Below, one piece after another: positions 33,440-44,618 of a stretch of 64,000 bases of DNA. The stretch spans positions 1 to 64,000 of the forward strand of contig CAWJSR010000023.1 in NCBI GenBank assembly GCA_963845515.1. Direction: 5' to 3'. A program made the position numbers and the translations under genes. Origin of the DNA: an uncultured delta proteobacterium. Lineage in GTDB: Bacteria > Myxococcota > Myxococcia > Myxococcales > Anaeromyxobacteraceae. The notes beneath the pieces are model-generated. The model worked only from the letters and a program-made list of their open reading frames with translations. It ran no database searches and was not told where the DNA came from. Position 1 is the first letter of the stretch. Each line of letters begins with the position of its first letter.

Positions 33440-34591
33440 GTGAAGAGGGTAGCCATTCTCGGTTCCACCGGCTCGATCGGCGTCCAGGCGCTGGACGTCG
33501 TCTCGCGCTTCCCCGACCGCTTCCAGGTGGTGGGGCTCGCCGCGTGCAGGAACGGCGAGCGGCTCGCCGAGCAGGTCGCACGCTTCCGTCCGCGCGTCGT
33601 CTCGGTCGCCGACCCGGCCGCCGCGAGCGCCCTGCGCGGCAGGATCCCTGCTTCGGTGGAGCTGCTCTCGGGGGAGGACGGGGCGGTCGAGATCGCGAGG
33701 CGGCCGGACGTCGACTTCGTCCTGGCGGCCATCGCCGGCGGCGCTGGGCTGCGCTCGACCGCGGCCGCCGTGGAGGCGGGGAAGCCCGTCGGCCTCGCCA
33801 ACAAGGAGTCGCTGGTCCTCGCCGGTGAGCTGCTCATGGCGCGGGCGGCGGCGAAGGGGGTCGCGATCCTCCCGGTGGACAGCGAGCACTCCGCCATCCA
33901 CCAGTCGCTCGCGGGCCACAACCGCTCGGAGGTCCGTCGGCTCATCCTCACCGCCTCGGGCGGGCCGCTCCGGGCGGTGCCGGCCGGCGAGCTGCGCGAC
34001 GTGACGCCGGCGCGGGCGCTCAAGCACCCCAACTGGTCCATGGGGGACAAGATCACCATCGACTCGGCCACCTTGATGAACAAGGGGCTGGAGGTGATCG
34101 AGGCCCGCTGGCTCTTCGACGTGGAGCCCAGCCGGATCGACATCCTCGTCCACCCCGACTCGGTCGTGCACTCGATGGTCGAGTACGTCGACGGGTCGGT
34201 GGTCGCGCAGCTCGGCACCCCGGACATGCGCGGCCCCATCAGCTACGCGATGGGTCACCCGGAGCGGCTCCCGCTCGACCTGCCGCCGCTCGACCTCGCC
34301 CGGCTGGGGCGGCTCTCCTTCGAGCAGCCCGACGCCGAGCGCTTCCCCGCCTTCACGCTGGCCTACCGCGCGCTGGAGCGCGGCGGGACGGCGCCGGCGG
34401 TCCTCTCCGGCGCCGACGAGGCGGCGGTGGCCGCCTTCCTGGCGGGGCGCTGCCGCTTCACCGAGATCGCGTCCATCTGCGCCGACGTGCTGGCCTCCCA
34501 CCGTCCCGAGCCGGTCGGCTCCGTCGAGCAGGCGCTGGCAGCGAGCGAGTGGGGGCGGGCCGAGGCGGAGCGCCGGGTGGCCGCACCTTGA
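33440..34591 (+). CDS. dxr: 1-deoxy-D-xylulose-5-phosphate reductoisomerase
   Basis: ILGSTGSIG, LANKESLV, PVDSEH, HPNWSMG.KITIDSAT.MNKGLE. Confidence 0.98.
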   Translation: MKRVAILGSTGSIGVQALDVVSRFPDRFQVVGLAACRNGERLAEQVARFRPRVVSVADPAAASALRGRIPASVELLSGEDGAVEIARRPDVDFVLAAIAGGAGLRSTAAAVEAGKPVGLANKESLVLAGELLMARAAAKGVAILPVDSEHSAIHQSLAGHNRSEVRRLILTASGGPLRAVPAGELRDVTPARALKHPNWSMGDKITIDSATLMNKGLEVIEARWLFDVEPSRIDILVHPDSVVHSMVEYVDGSVVAQLGTPDMRGPISYAMGHPERLPLDLPPLDLARLGRLSFEQPDAERFPAFTLAYRALERGGTAPAVLSGADEAAVAAFLAGRCRFTEIASICADVLASHRPEPVGSVEQALAASEWGRAEAERRVAAP

Positions 34592-34646
34592 TTCACTCCT
34601 TCGAAGGGCGGAAGCGATCCGCCCGCCGATCGGTTAGGTAGGGGAC

Positions 34647-36288
34647 ATGGACCTCCTGGGCATCGGCTCCTTCATCCTCGTCGTCGGCGGGCTCGTGTTC
34701 GTCCACGAGTTCGGCCACTTCCTCTTCGCGAAGTGGCTGGGCGTCAAGGTGCTGCGCTTCTCGATCGGCTTCGGTCCCCGCCTCCTCTGGTGGACCGTGG
34801 GAGAGACCGAGTACCGGATCTCGGCCCTGCCGCTGGGTGGCTACGTGAAGATGGCCGGGGACGTCCCCGGTGAGGAGACCGCCGAAGAGGACCGCGGCCG
34901 CGGCTTCTACGAGCAGCAGCCGTGGAAGCGGATCGTCATCGGCGTCGCCGGCCCCGCGTCCAACTTCCTCTTCCCCGTCCTGCTCTTCTTCGCGCTGGGG
35001 CTGGCCCAGAACGGCGACCTGACCCCCGCCGCGGCGGTCGGGACCGTCGCGCCAGGCTCGGCCGCCGAGCGCGCCGGGCTGCAGCCGGGCGATCGGATCC
35101 TCATCGATCGCCCCCGAGGGCAGGGTCGCCGTCGACATGCGCTGGTGGGCGGATCTCGTCGACGCCGTCTCGAGCCACCCCGGCGAGCGGCTCGTGCTCA
35201 CCCTCGACCGCGGTGGCCAGCGGCAGCAGCTAGCGGTGGTCCCCGAGACGGAGGAGCGCTTCAACGGCGTCGAGCACGAGCGCCGGGGCGTCCTGGGGAT
35301 CATGGCCACCTGGCCGCCCGCGGTCGTCGCCCCGAGCGCGCCTGGCGCAGCGGGGCCGCTCGCGCCCTTCGACGAGGTGACGAAGGTCGCCGGCGCACCG
35401 GTCGCACACTTCGGCGAGCTCTCGAGGGCCTTCGCCGCAGCGGGCTGCGCGCCCGTCGACGTCGAGGTCGTGCGGGGACCTGCCGACGCGCGCGTCACCA
35501 TGAAGCTCGCAGGGGTCCAGACGTGCGCCGCCGGAGGCTCCAGCATCGTGGCGGTGGATCCCGTCGTCTCGGCGGTCGTCGCGCGCGTGGAGGAGGGGAG
35601 TCCGGCCGCGCAGGCTGGGCTCGTCCGCGGCGACGTGATCACCGCCGTCGACGGCAGGCCCGTCCGCTCGTTCCGCGACCTCGCCGGGCTGGAGCAGGGG
35701 CTGAAGGCCGGCGTCCCGCTGGAGCTCGCGCTCGCCGGCGGCAGGGTGGCGCGGGTGGTCCCGCGCGAGGAGCTGCGCAGGGATCCGGTCACCGGGGACA
35801 AGGTCCCCCGGCTCGTCCTCGGCCTCTTCGGAGAGCGCGCGGTCTCCGCCAGCGCGGCTTCGCTCGAGGTCGACAGGGTCCGCTACGCCCGCGGCGTCGG
35901 CGAGCTCGCGGCGGAGGCGGTCCACGAGACGTGGCGGATCACGCGGGTCACCGCGCTGGGCATCGCCGGGATCGCGACCGGGAAGCTCAGCCACCGCTCG
36001 GTCGGCGGGATCATCACGCTCTTCGACCAGTCGCGCGACGCGGCCGCAGCGGGGTGGGGGACGCTCTTCTTCTGGATGGCCCTCGTCAGCGTCAACCTCG
36101 GGATCATGAACCTGCTGCCGATCCCGGTGCTCGACGGCGGCCACGTCGTCGCCGCGCTGGTGGAGCAGGTGACGCGCCGCCCGCTCTCGATGCGGGTGCG
36201 CGAGGTGGCCACCTACGTCGGCCTGGTGCTGCTGGGGCTGCTCATGATCCTGGCGTTCCGCAACGACATCGCGCGGCTGATGGGCTAG
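34647..36288 (+). CDS. rseP: RIP metalloprotease RseP (frameshift ~35110)
   Basis: HEFGH, FSIGFG, PLGGYVKM, AGPASN, PDZ domains, NLLPIPVLDGGH. Confidence 0.93.
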
Positions 36289-36291
36289 GCG

Positions 36292-37068
36292 ATGCTCATC
36301 GCGGCAGTCGACTCCGCCACGCTCACGCTCTCGTGCGCCCTCGTGGAGGTGGCGCCGGGCCTGGCGCCGCGCGTCCTCGCCTCCTCCGACGAGCGGGCCC
36401 CTGCCACCGGCGCTCAGGGCGGCCACAGCGCGCGCCTCCCCAACGCGCTGCTCGAGCTGCTCGCGGCGCACGGACGGACCCTCGCCGACGTCGATGGCTG
36501 GGCCGTCGGCATCGGCCCCGGCTCGTTCACCGGCCTTCGCATCGGCCTCGCCACGCTCAAGGGGCTCGCCTATGCGGGGCGGCGGCCGATCGTCGGCGCG
36601 TCCAGCCTCGCCGCCATGGCGCTGGCCGCGGCCCCGGGTGCGCCGGAGGGGGCCGTCCTCGTCCCGCTCCTCGACGCGAAGAAGGCCGAGGTCTACGCCG
36701 GCTTCTACCGGGTGATCCCGGGAGGCGTGGAGGGGCTGCAGCCGGACGCCGCCCTGTCCCCCGAGGCGCTCGCCGAGCGCACCCGCGCGCTCCTGGCCGC
36801 GAACGGCGCGGCGCCGCTCCTCTTCGGCGAGGGGCTCGACGCGTACGCTGGCAAGCTCTCTGGCCAGGGCTCCCGGCTCGAGGCCGCGGTGGGCACTCCG
36901 AGCGCTGCCGCCGTCGCGCTCCTCGCCGCGCCTGGGCTCCTGGGCGCTCCCTTCGACCCCCAGTCCCTCTTCGCCCTCGAGCCCCACTACGTCCGCGCGA
37001 GCGAGGCGGAGATGAAGTACCCGCACGGCTACGGGCCGGGCGCAGATCGCCCGGCCCCAGCGGGGTGA
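36292..37068 (+). CDS. tsaB: tRNA threonylcarbamoyladenosine biosynthesis protein TsaB
   Basis: GPGSFTGLRIG, LDAKKAEVY, LEPHYVRASEAE. Confidence 0.93.
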   Translation: MLIAAVDSATLTLSCALVEVAPGLAPRVLASSDERAPATGAQGGHSARLPNALLELLAAHGRTLADVDGWAVGIGPGSFTGLRIGLATLKGLAYAGRRPIVGASSLAAMALAAAPGAPEGAVLVPLLDAKKAEVYAGFYRVIPGGVEGLQPDAALSPEALAERTRALLAANGAAPLLFGEGLDAYAGKLSGQGSRLEAAVGTPSAAAVALLAAPGLLGAPFDPQSLFALEPHYVRASEAEMKYPHGYGPGADRPAPAG

Positions 37069-37101
37069 GTGTCGCTCCCGCTGGCCGGTTAGATACGAGC
37101 C

Positions 37102-38004
37102 ATGCACGTCTTCGTCACAGGGGCCACGGGGCTCATCGGCCGGGCGCTCTGCGCGGCGCTGCTGGACGCGGGGCACGCCGTCGTCGCGCTCACCCGCTCT
37201 GATGGGGGCGCGGGCCGGCTCCCCGGCGGCGTGCGCGTCGTGCGAGGCGAGCCCGCCCGCGCCGGGCCGTGGCTGGAGGAGCTCGCGCGCTGCGATGCCT
37301 GCGTCCACCTGGCCGGGGAGGCGGTCGCCGGGAAGCGCTGGAACCCCGAGCGGAAGCGCGCCATCGAGTCCTCGCGGGTCGAGTCGGCCGCCGTCGTGGC
37401 CGGGCTCATCGCGGCGCGCGGCCCCGGGATCCTGATCCAGGGGAGCGCCGTGGGCTACTACGGCTCGCGCGGAGAGGAGTTGCTCGACGAGAGCTCGCAG
37501 CCGGGCGAGGGATTCCTCGCCGGGGTGACCCAGCGCTGGGAGGCGGCCGCGGCGCCGGCGCGCAAGCGGGCGCGCGTCGTCCTCGTGCGCACCGGCATGG
37601 TCCTCTCGCCGCGCGGCGGCGCGCTGGCCGAGCTGGTGGGGCCGTTCAGGTTCTTCGCCGGAGGGCCGGTGGGGAGCCCCTCCGCCTGGAAGCCCTGGAT
37701 CCACCTCGCTGACGAGGTGGGGCTCATCCTCTGGGCGCTCGAGGAGCAGCGCGTCGAAGGGGCGCTGAACGCCTGCGCACCGGCCCCGGCGCGCAATCGC
37801 GACCTCGCCGCGGCCATCGGCGCGGCCCTCTCGCGTCCGAGCCTCCTCCCGGTGCCGGACTTCGCGATCAAGGCGCTCTTCGGCGAGCTGGCGGAGGTCA
37901 TCCTCGCCAGCCAGCGGGTGCTTCCGAAGAAGGCGCTCGCGCTCGGCTACCGCTTCCGCTTCCCCGAGCTGGGGCCGGCGCTGAAGGACCTGCTTCACGG
38001 ATAG
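37102..38004 (+). CDS. TIGR01777-family NAD-dependent epimerase/oxidoreductase
   Basis: VTGATGLIG, HLAGE, SAVGYYG, WIHLAD, SQRVLP. Confidence 0.92.
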   Translation: MHVFVTGATGLIGRALCAALLDAGHAVVALTRSDGGAGRLPGGVRVVRGEPARAGPWLEELARCDACVHLAGEAVAGKRWNPERKRAIESSRVESAAVVAGLIAARGPGILIQGSAVGYYGSRGEELLDESSQPGEGFLAGVTQRWEAAAAPARKRARVVLVRTGMVLSPRGGALAELVGPFRFFAGGPVGSPSAWKPWIHLADEVGLILWALEEQRVEGALNACAPAPARNRDLAAAIGAALSRPSLLPVPDFAIKALFGELAEVILASQRVLPKKALALGYRFRFPELGPALKDLLHG

Positions 38005-38008
38005 TCCT

Positions 38009-38045
38009 CCCTCTCCCCCGCCGGGGGAGGGGCAGGGTGAGGGGG
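38009..38045. repeat. REP-like palindromic element, copy 4
   Basis: CCCTCTCCCCCG-C-CGGGGGAGGGG-CA-GGGTGAGGGGG. Confidence 0.75.
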
Positions 38046-38092
38046 CGACCGCCCGTCGCCACACGGCCACGCTTCTGCTACACAGCGCCACC

Positions 38093-39131
38093 ATGCCCAC
38101 TCGCCCGCTACGCATCGCCATCGCCGGGGCCACCGGCGCCGTCGGCCGCGCCGTCCTGCAGGTCCTCGAGGACCTCGAGGTCGAGGTGGCCGAGCTTCGG
38201 CTGCTCGCCTCGTCGCGGTCCGTGGGGCAGGAGCTGGAGTTCGCCGGCGAGTCGCAGCGGGTCGTGGAGGCGAGGGCAGGTGCGTTCAAGGGGTGCGACG
38301 TCGCGCTGCTCGCGACCCCGCGCGAGGTCTCGTTCCGGCTGGCCGCGCTGGCGCGCGAGGAGGGCTGCTTCGTCGTCGACGACTCAGACGCCTTCCGCGC
38401 CGCGCCGGACGTGCCGCTCGTGGTCGCGGGCGTGAACTCCGGCGCCCTCGACGCCCCGCCGCCGCGCGGGATCGTCGCGAACCCCGGCTCGATCGCCATC
38501 CTGCTCGCGCAGCTCCTCGCGCCGCTGCGGGCGGCGGCCGGGCTCGCCCGCGTCCACGTGACCAGCCTCCACTCGGTGAGCGGCTCGGGGCACCGGGGCG
38601 TCGCGCAGCTCGAGGGGGAGATCGCCGCGCTGATGAACGGTCGCGAGCCGGACGCCCCCGTCGCCTTCCCGCATCGGATCGCCTTCAACGTCGTGCCCCA
38701 GGTCGGCGCCGTTCGACGGCGACGGCGACGGCGCGAGCGCCGGCGAGCAGGAGATCGTCCGCGAGACGCGCGGGATCCTCGGCGCGGCCGCCCTGCCCAT
38801 CCAGGCGCTGGCGATCCGCGTCCCGGTCTTCTACGGCCACTCGCTGGCGGTGAACCTCAGGACCGAGCGGCCGCTCTCCGTCGCGGCCGCGCGCGAGGCG
38901 CTGCGTGGCGCCGCGGGGGTCAAGGTCCTCGACGACCCCGCGCAGAAGGTCTACCCGATGCCGATGCTCGCGGTGAACGACGACGCCGTCCACGTCGGAC
39001 GGATCCGCGTGGACCCGACGCAGGAGAACGGGCTCGATCTCTTCGCGGTCGGCGACAACCTCCGGACCGGCGGCGCGACCAACCTCGTCCGGGTGGGGCT
39101 CCTGCTGGCGGAGCGCCACGCGCGCCGCTGA
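38093..39131 (+). CDS. Aspartate-semialdehyde dehydrogenase-like (Usg-like) protein (frameshift ~38710)
   Basis: IAGATGAVG, VPLVVAGVN, SVSGSG, IAFNVVPQ, RVPVFYGHS, DNLRTGGATN; the NPNC motif reads NPGS. Confidence 0.88.
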
Positions 39132-39284
39132 CAGTTTGTCAGCGCTTCGCGCGCCGCGCCGCGCCCGGTTGCCAAAGTGTCCCGCCCGGCCCATTGGAGC
39201 CCCCGCAGGGTGGGGATTCCGCCGTGCGTCCGGGTGGTTGCAGCCTTGCTTCACCGGCAGGGCGCTTGCACAATACCGGAGGCC

Positions 39285-40197
39285 ATGCGCCGCCTCCTCA
39301 CAGCCCTCGTCGCAGCGACGCCGCTCATCGCGTCTGCCCAGACCGCCGGCCAGATCCTCTTCGACTCCAAGACCATCAATCGGACCCAGTGCCAGGGGAC
39401 GGACGAGATCAGGCTGGATTTCGCGCTCCTGGAGCAGGCGACCGGGAGCTTCGTGGCCGGCACGGGCGAGGTGACCCTCTACTCGGCCAGCGCCGACAAG
39501 ACTGACTCGGTGTTCCCGCCGTGTCACTACGAGGGCGACGGCTCGACCGGCGTCACGGTGGGGCCGCTCCTCGCCCAACCCATCTCCAACCCCGCTGGCA
39601 CGACGGGCTGGGCGATCGGGCCGATGGCCACCATGGTCTCCCAGGCCGGGTTCGACTGCACGACGGCCGACAAGACCATCTACGTCTGCGCGATCTGGAA
39701 GAACTCCGCCAGTGAAGTGAAGGCCTACGCCAAGGGTTCGGTGAGCCTGAAGGTCGCGCTCCCCCCCGCGCCCGTGATCGACATCGACTCGATCGGGATC
39801 GGCGACACCCGGCTCAGCGTGAAGATCAAGCCGCCGACCGGGACGCCGCTGGCCACCGACTTCCGGGCCAGGGCGGTCGCCTGGGACGCTGCGAACGCGG
39901 CGCTCGACCCCGGGGACCACTTCTCGTCGCTGGAGCCGGCGACCGGGGAGGCGACGATCGAGAAGCTCGTCAACGGGGTCTCGTACAGGATCACCGCCTT
40001 CGCCTATACGGTCGAGGGGAACGTGAGCGGGGAGTCGAGCGCAGTCGGGCCGTACATGCCGAGGCCCATCCAGGACGCCTGGGAGCACTACGTGGCGCTC
40101 GGTGGCACCGACTCGGGCGGCTGCCAGGCTGGAGGCGGCCGGGCTCGCCGCACTCCTCGGCGCGGCGGCCCTCCTCCGGCTCCGGAGGCGCGCGTGA
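39285..40197 (+). CDS. MYXO-CTERM-anchored surface protein (MXAN_2561-like), frameshift ~40140
   Basis: Signal peptide, FN3-like region, C-terminal GGCQAGG-GLAALLGAAALLRLRRRA* after one-base correction. Confidence 0.75.
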
Positions 40198-40907
40198 GCC
40201 GCCTCTGTCTGCTCGCGGCGCTCGCCTCGCTGGCGGCGGCGCTCCCGTCGACGGCGGCGGCCGAGTCGCCCAGGTGGGGCACCTTCGAGTTCCGCCTCTC
40301 CAACTTCCGGCCGAACGTCGACGCCAGCGTCCCCTCCGGCGCGACGCCCTACGCCGACATCTTCAAGACGAAGCGCGGCTGGTTCCCCAGGGTCCTGGCC
40401 TCCTACACGCTCTTCGACCGGTTCGTGCAGGTGGACGCCGGGCTCGGGACCGGGTGGTTTCGCGCGAAGGGGAAGGGGCAGTACGAGGATCCCGTCGGCT
40501 CGGGCAACTACGTGGCCTCCGGCGAGAACACCACCTTCAGCATCGTCCCGGCGACGCTGGCGGTGACGGTGCGCGTGGACGGCGTGGCCGAGCGCTGGCC
40601 CATCCCGATCGACGTCTACGGGCGCGCCGCGCTGGAGCGGTACCACTGGATCGTCACGGACGGCACGGGCGGCCTGTCGAAGAAGGGGGCCACCAACGGC
40701 TGGAGCGTGGCCGGCGGCGTCGGCTTCATGCTCGACTTCATCGACCCCGTCCTCTCGCGCGAGCTCGACGCGGACTCCGGCGTCAACCGGACCTGGCTCT
40801 ACTTCGAGGTCGAGAAGAGCCGGGTGGACGACTTCGGCGCGAAGGACAGCTGGGATCTCTCCGACGAGGAGCTCACGCTCTCGGGCGGATTGAGGATGGT
40901 CTTCTAG
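40194..40907 (+). CDS. Outer-membrane beta-barrel protein (MXAN_2562-like)
   Basis: GTG start overlapping the upstream stop, signal peptide, ESPRWGTFE, amphipathic strands, C-terminal GLRMVF. Confidence 0.75.
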   Translation: MSRLCLLAALASLAAALPSTAAAESPRWGTFEFRLSNFRPNVDASVPSGATPYADIFKTKRGWFPRVLASYTLFDRFVQVDAGLGTGWFRAKGKGQYEDPVGSGNYVASGENTTFSIVPATLAVTVRVDGVAERWPIPIDVYGRAALERYHWIVTDGTGGLSKKGATNGWSVAGGVGFMLDFIDPVLSRELDADSGVNRTWLYFEVEKSRVDDFGAKDSWDLSDEELTLSGGLRMVF

Positions 40908-40913
40908 AGCGCT

Positions 40914-40950
40914 CCCCTCACCCTTGCCCTTGCCCGGTGGGGGAGAGGGA
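40914..40950. repeat. REP-like palindromic element, copy 5
   Basis: CCCCTCACCC-TTG-CCCTTGCCC-GGT-GGGGGAGAGGGA. Confidence 0.65.
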
Positions 40951-40960
40951 TCCCCCGCGC

Positions 40961-41777
40961 TCAGCCCAGCTTCCGGTGCCCCAGCGCCGGGATCTCCCGG
41001 CGGCAGCGCTCCAGACGGTCACGCGCTGAACGGCGCCACGCAGACCCCCTCGCCGTCCGCGCAGCGGGCGAGCACCACCCCCCACGGGTCGACGATCATC
41101 GCGTTGCCGAAGGTCTGGCGCGACGAGGAGTGGCGCCCGACCTGCGCCGGGGCCATCACGTAGGCCAGGTTCTCGATGGCTCGCGCCCGCACCAGCACCT
41201 CCCAGTGGTCCTTGCCGGTGAAGAGCGTGAACGCCGACGGGATGGTGAAGAGCTCGGCGCCGAGCGAAGCCAGCTTCCGGTAGAGCTCGGGGAAGCGGAG
41301 GTCGTAGCAGATGGTGAGGCCGATCCGCCCGAGCGGCGTCGGGGCGAGGATCGCCTCGTCGCCCGGCAACACCACCTCCGACTCCGCGTAGCGGGCGCCG
41401 TCCGGGATGTTCACGTCGAAGAGGTGGATCTTGCGGTATGCGGCCACGATCGAGCCGTCGTCGGCGATGAGCGCGCTGGTGTTGGCCGTCTTGCCCGGCA
41501 CGTCGACCCTCTCGGCGATCGAGCCGGCGGCCACGTAGATGCCGCGCCGGCGCGCGACCTCGCGGACCGCAGCGAGGGTCTCGCCCTCCAGCGTCTCCGC
41601 GGTGGCCTGACGCTGCTCCTCGGGCCCCATGAAGATGAAGTTCTCCGGGAGCCCGACGAGCTTCGCGCCGAGGTCTGCGGCCTCGTTGACGAGCCGTAGG
41701 GCGGTGTCGAGGTTCTTCGCGCGGTCGGCGGTGGAGGTCATCTGGACCGCGCCGACGAGGTAGGCGTGGAGGGGCAT
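40961..41777 (-). CDS. Carbon-nitrogen hydrolase (Nit1/deaminated glutathione amidase-like), frameshift ~41020
   Basis: LPEN, YRKIHLFD, ICYDLRFPE, ARAIEN; corrected end RREIPALGHRKLG*. Confidence 0.92.
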
Positions 41778-41818
41778 GGATTTCCATTAGCACGGCTCGC
41801 CGTTAGACTTCCCGGGAG

Positions 41819-43696
41819 ATGACGCTGGCCGTCCTCCTCGCCGCGACGCTCTGCGTCGCCCCCGCCCCGGCGGCGCGGGTCGCCTCCTCCCGGGCGATCG
41901 CGCACTACCTGGCGGCACGCCTCCTCGAGCTGCGAGGCGATCGCGACGGCGTGGTCGCCGCGCTCAGGCTGGCGGCCGCCCACGATCCGCAGAGCCCCGA
42001 GATCCGGGTGGCGCTCGCCGAGGCGCTCTCCCGCGCAGGGAGCGGGGTGGAGGCCGAGGAGCGGGCCCGCGAGGCCATCGCGCTGGGCCCCGGGACCAGC
42101 GCCGCCGCGGAGGGCTTCTCGGTGATCGGCCGGATCCGGGCCGCGCGCGGAGACTCCCTCGAGGCGACCGCCGCGCTGGAGGCCGCGCTCGGGGTCCAGC
42201 GGACGCTCGCGGTGCGGGGCGTCCCGGTCGATCCGCGGCCCTGGCGCCTCCTCGGCGAGCTCCGGCTGGCCACGGGAGACGAGCCGGCGGCGCTGGCGAT
42301 CTTCGAGGAGCTCTCCGGCAGGATGCCGGGCGAGGGCGACGGCTTCCGCCTGGTCGGCATGCTCCACGAGGATCGGGGCGACCGCTCCGGCGCCGAGCGC
42401 TGGCTGCTGCGGGCGCTCGAGGCCGATCCGACCGACGCCGACGCGCGGCGCCGCCTGGCGCGCGTCCACGAGGCGCTGCGGCGCTACCCCGAGGCGCGCG
42501 ACGACCTCGTCGCGCTGCTCCGCTTCGACCCCGACGACGAGGAGGCGCTCCTCGCGCTGGGCCGGCTCGCGCTGCGGTCCGACGACGTCGCGGCGGCGCG
42601 CGAGTGGTTCTCGCGGCTCCGGCGCACGGCCGCCGACCCCGCCGACGCCGCCCTGCGGATGGCGCTCGCGTGGCTCGACGCCGGCTTCGCCGAGGAGGGG
42701 CTGGCGGCGGCGAAGGCCGCGGAGGCAGAGGTGGGCCCCCGCCCGCGCATCCGCTTCGCCGAGGGGATCGCGCTGCAGGAGCTCCACCGCTTCCGCGAGG
42801 CCGCAGCCGTGCTCCGCCACGTTCCGCCCGACGCCGGTGAGCTCTACCTGCTGGCGCGCGATGCGCTCGCGCACTCGCTCTCCCGGGACGGCGGCCACGC
42901 CGAGGCGGAGCGTGCGCTCGAGCCGGCGCTCCAGGCGCACCCCTCCGACACGCGGCTCCTGGCGCGCCGCGCGTGGGTCCTCCAGCGGGCGGGGCGGGCC
43001 CCGGACGCGGTGACGCTCCTCCGGCGGGCGCTCGCCGAGCGCGACGCCTTGCCGTCGGATCCGACGGCCGACGCCGGGGAGCGGGAGAGCGCCGAGAGCG
43101 AGCTCCTCCAGGCGCTCGGCGAGGCGCTGGAGTGGGCGGGGCGGCCGGCCGAGGCGGTGGAGGCCCTCTCTCTCGCCGCGCAGAAGCGGCCGCGCGACGT
43201 CGACCTGCTCTATGCGCTCGGCTCGGCCTTCGATCGGGACGGGAAGCCGGAGGCGGCGCTGGCCCAGATGCGCGCCATCCTCGCCATGGATCCCGAGAAC
43301 GCCGGCGCGATGAACTTCATCGGCTACTCGCTCGCGGAGCGGGGCGAGAAGCTCGACGAGGCCGAGGCGCTCGTGCGGCGTGCGCTGGAGCAGCGGCCGC
43401 GCTCCGCGGGCTTCCTGGACTCGCTCGGCTGGATCGCGTTCAGGCGCGGCGAGCACGGCCGCGCGGCGGAGCTGCTGGAGCGGGCGGCCCGGATCGCCGG
43501 GCCGGACGCGGTGATCCTGGACCACCTGGCGGACGTCTACCGTGCGCTCCGCCGGGGCCCGGAGGCCGAGGGGGCCTGGCGCCGCGCCCTCCGGTGCGTC
43601 GCCGATCAGAACCCCGCGGAGGCGACCCGCCTCCGCGCCGCGATCGAGCGGAAGCTGCGCGGCGCGGACGCCGCGATCGCCCCTGCGGCGCCTTGA
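41819..43696 (+). CDS. Secreted TPR-repeat protein
   Basis: Signal peptide; many TPRs; AMNFIGYSLAE..FLDSLGW..ILDHLAD. Confidence 0.85.
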   Translation: MTLAVLLAATLCVAPAPAARVASSRAIAHYLAARLLELRGDRDGVVAALRLAAAHDPQSPEIRVALAEALSRAGSGVEAEERAREAIALGPGTSAAAEGFSVIGRIRAARGDSLEATAALEAALGVQRTLAVRGVPVDPRPWRLLGELRLATGDEPAALAIFEELSGRMPGEGDGFRLVGMLHEDRGDRSGAERWLLRALEADPTDADARRRLARVHEALRRYPEARDDLVALLRFDPDDEEALLALGRLALRSDDVAAAREWFSRLRRTAADPADAALRMALAWLDAGFAEEGLAAAKAAEAEVGPRPRIRFAEGIALQELHRFREAAAVLRHVPPDAGELYLLARDALAHSLSRDGGHAEAERALEPALQAHPSDTRLLARRAWVLQRAGRAPDAVTLLRRALAERDALPSDPTADAGERESAESELLQALGEALEWAGRPAEAVEALSLAAQKRPRDVDLLYALGSAFDRDGKPEAALAQMRAILAMDPENAGAMNFIGYSLAERGEKLDEAEALVRRALEQRPRSAGFLDSLGWIAFRRGEHGRAAELLERAARIAGPDAVILDHLADVYRALRRGPEAEGAWRRALRCVADQNPAEATRLRAAIERKLRGADAAIAPAAP

Positions 43697-43730
43697 CTAG
43701 GATGGCCACCGGGCCTAGCGTCCCGCGCGG

Positions 43731-44618
43731 ATGAGCATCCCGACCTTCCCGGCGCCGGATCGCGCGGAGCACCAGGAGGGCTTCATCTACGCGAGCGATC
43801 ACATCCGGCTCTTCTGGCAGCGCTACGTCCCACGGACGCCGCGCGCCACGGTGATCGTCCTCCATGGCGGCGGCGACCACTCCGGGCGGTACCCGGCGAT
43901 CGTCACGGCGCTGGTCCGGGAGGGGTTCGAGGCGGCCCTCGTCGACCTGCGTGGGCACGGCCAGTCCGACGGCCGCCGCTGGTACGTCGACTCCTTCGGC
44001 GACTACGTGTCGGACTTCGACGCCTTCCACGAGAAGCTGAAGCGCGAGCACCCGGACCGGCCGCGCTTCGTCGTCGCGCACAGCCAGGGGGCGCTCGTGG
44101 CGGCGCTATGGGCGATGGGGCGGGAGCACGGCGTGGGTGGGTTCGTCCTCTCCTCGCCGTTCTTCGGGTTCGCCATCCGCCCGCCGTTGCTCAAGGAGTT
44201 GGGAGCGAGGCTCGTCGGCAAGGTCGTGCCGTGGCTGCCGATCGCGACCGGGATCGACTTCGGCTCGCTGACCTCCGACGAGGAGCTGCAGGGGTGGACC
44301 GCCCGCGACCACCTCTACAGCCGCACGACCACGCCGCGCTGGTTCACCGAGTCGAAGCGGGCGCACGCCGAGGCCCTCGGCCGGGCCGGCGAGTTCAGGG
44401 CGCCGCTGCTCGTCCTGGCGGCAGGGGCGGACCCCATCGCCGACCTCTCGGCGACGCGGCGGTTCGTCGACGCCGCCGGGTCGGCAGACAAGCGACTGGC
44501 CGTGTACGATGGATTCCGACACGAGATCTTCAATGAGCGGGAGCGCGCGCGCCCGATCGGCGACGCCGTAGAATGGCTGTCCCAGCGCGCATCCGCGGCG
44601 ACCGGTGAAATGCGTTGA
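43731..44618 (+). CDS. Lysophospholipase-like alpha/beta hydrolase (AgmH-like by position)
   Basis: LHGGGDHSGRY, DLRGHGQS, AHSQG, HEIFNE; directly upstream of the bactofilins. Confidence 0.88.
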   Translation: MSIPTFPAPDRAEHQEGFIYASDHIRLFWQRYVPRTPRATVIVLHGGGDHSGRYPAIVTALVREGFEAALVDLRGHGQSDGRRWYVDSFGDYVSDFDAFHEKLKREHPDRPRFVVAHSQGALVAALWAMGREHGVGGFVLSSPFFGFAIRPPLLKELGARLVGKVVPWLPIATGIDFGSLTSDEELQGWTARDHLYSRTTTPRWFTESKRAHAEALGRAGEFRAPLLVLAAGADPIADLSATRRFVDAAGSADKRLAVYDGFRHEIFNERERARPIGDAVEWLSQRASAATGEMR

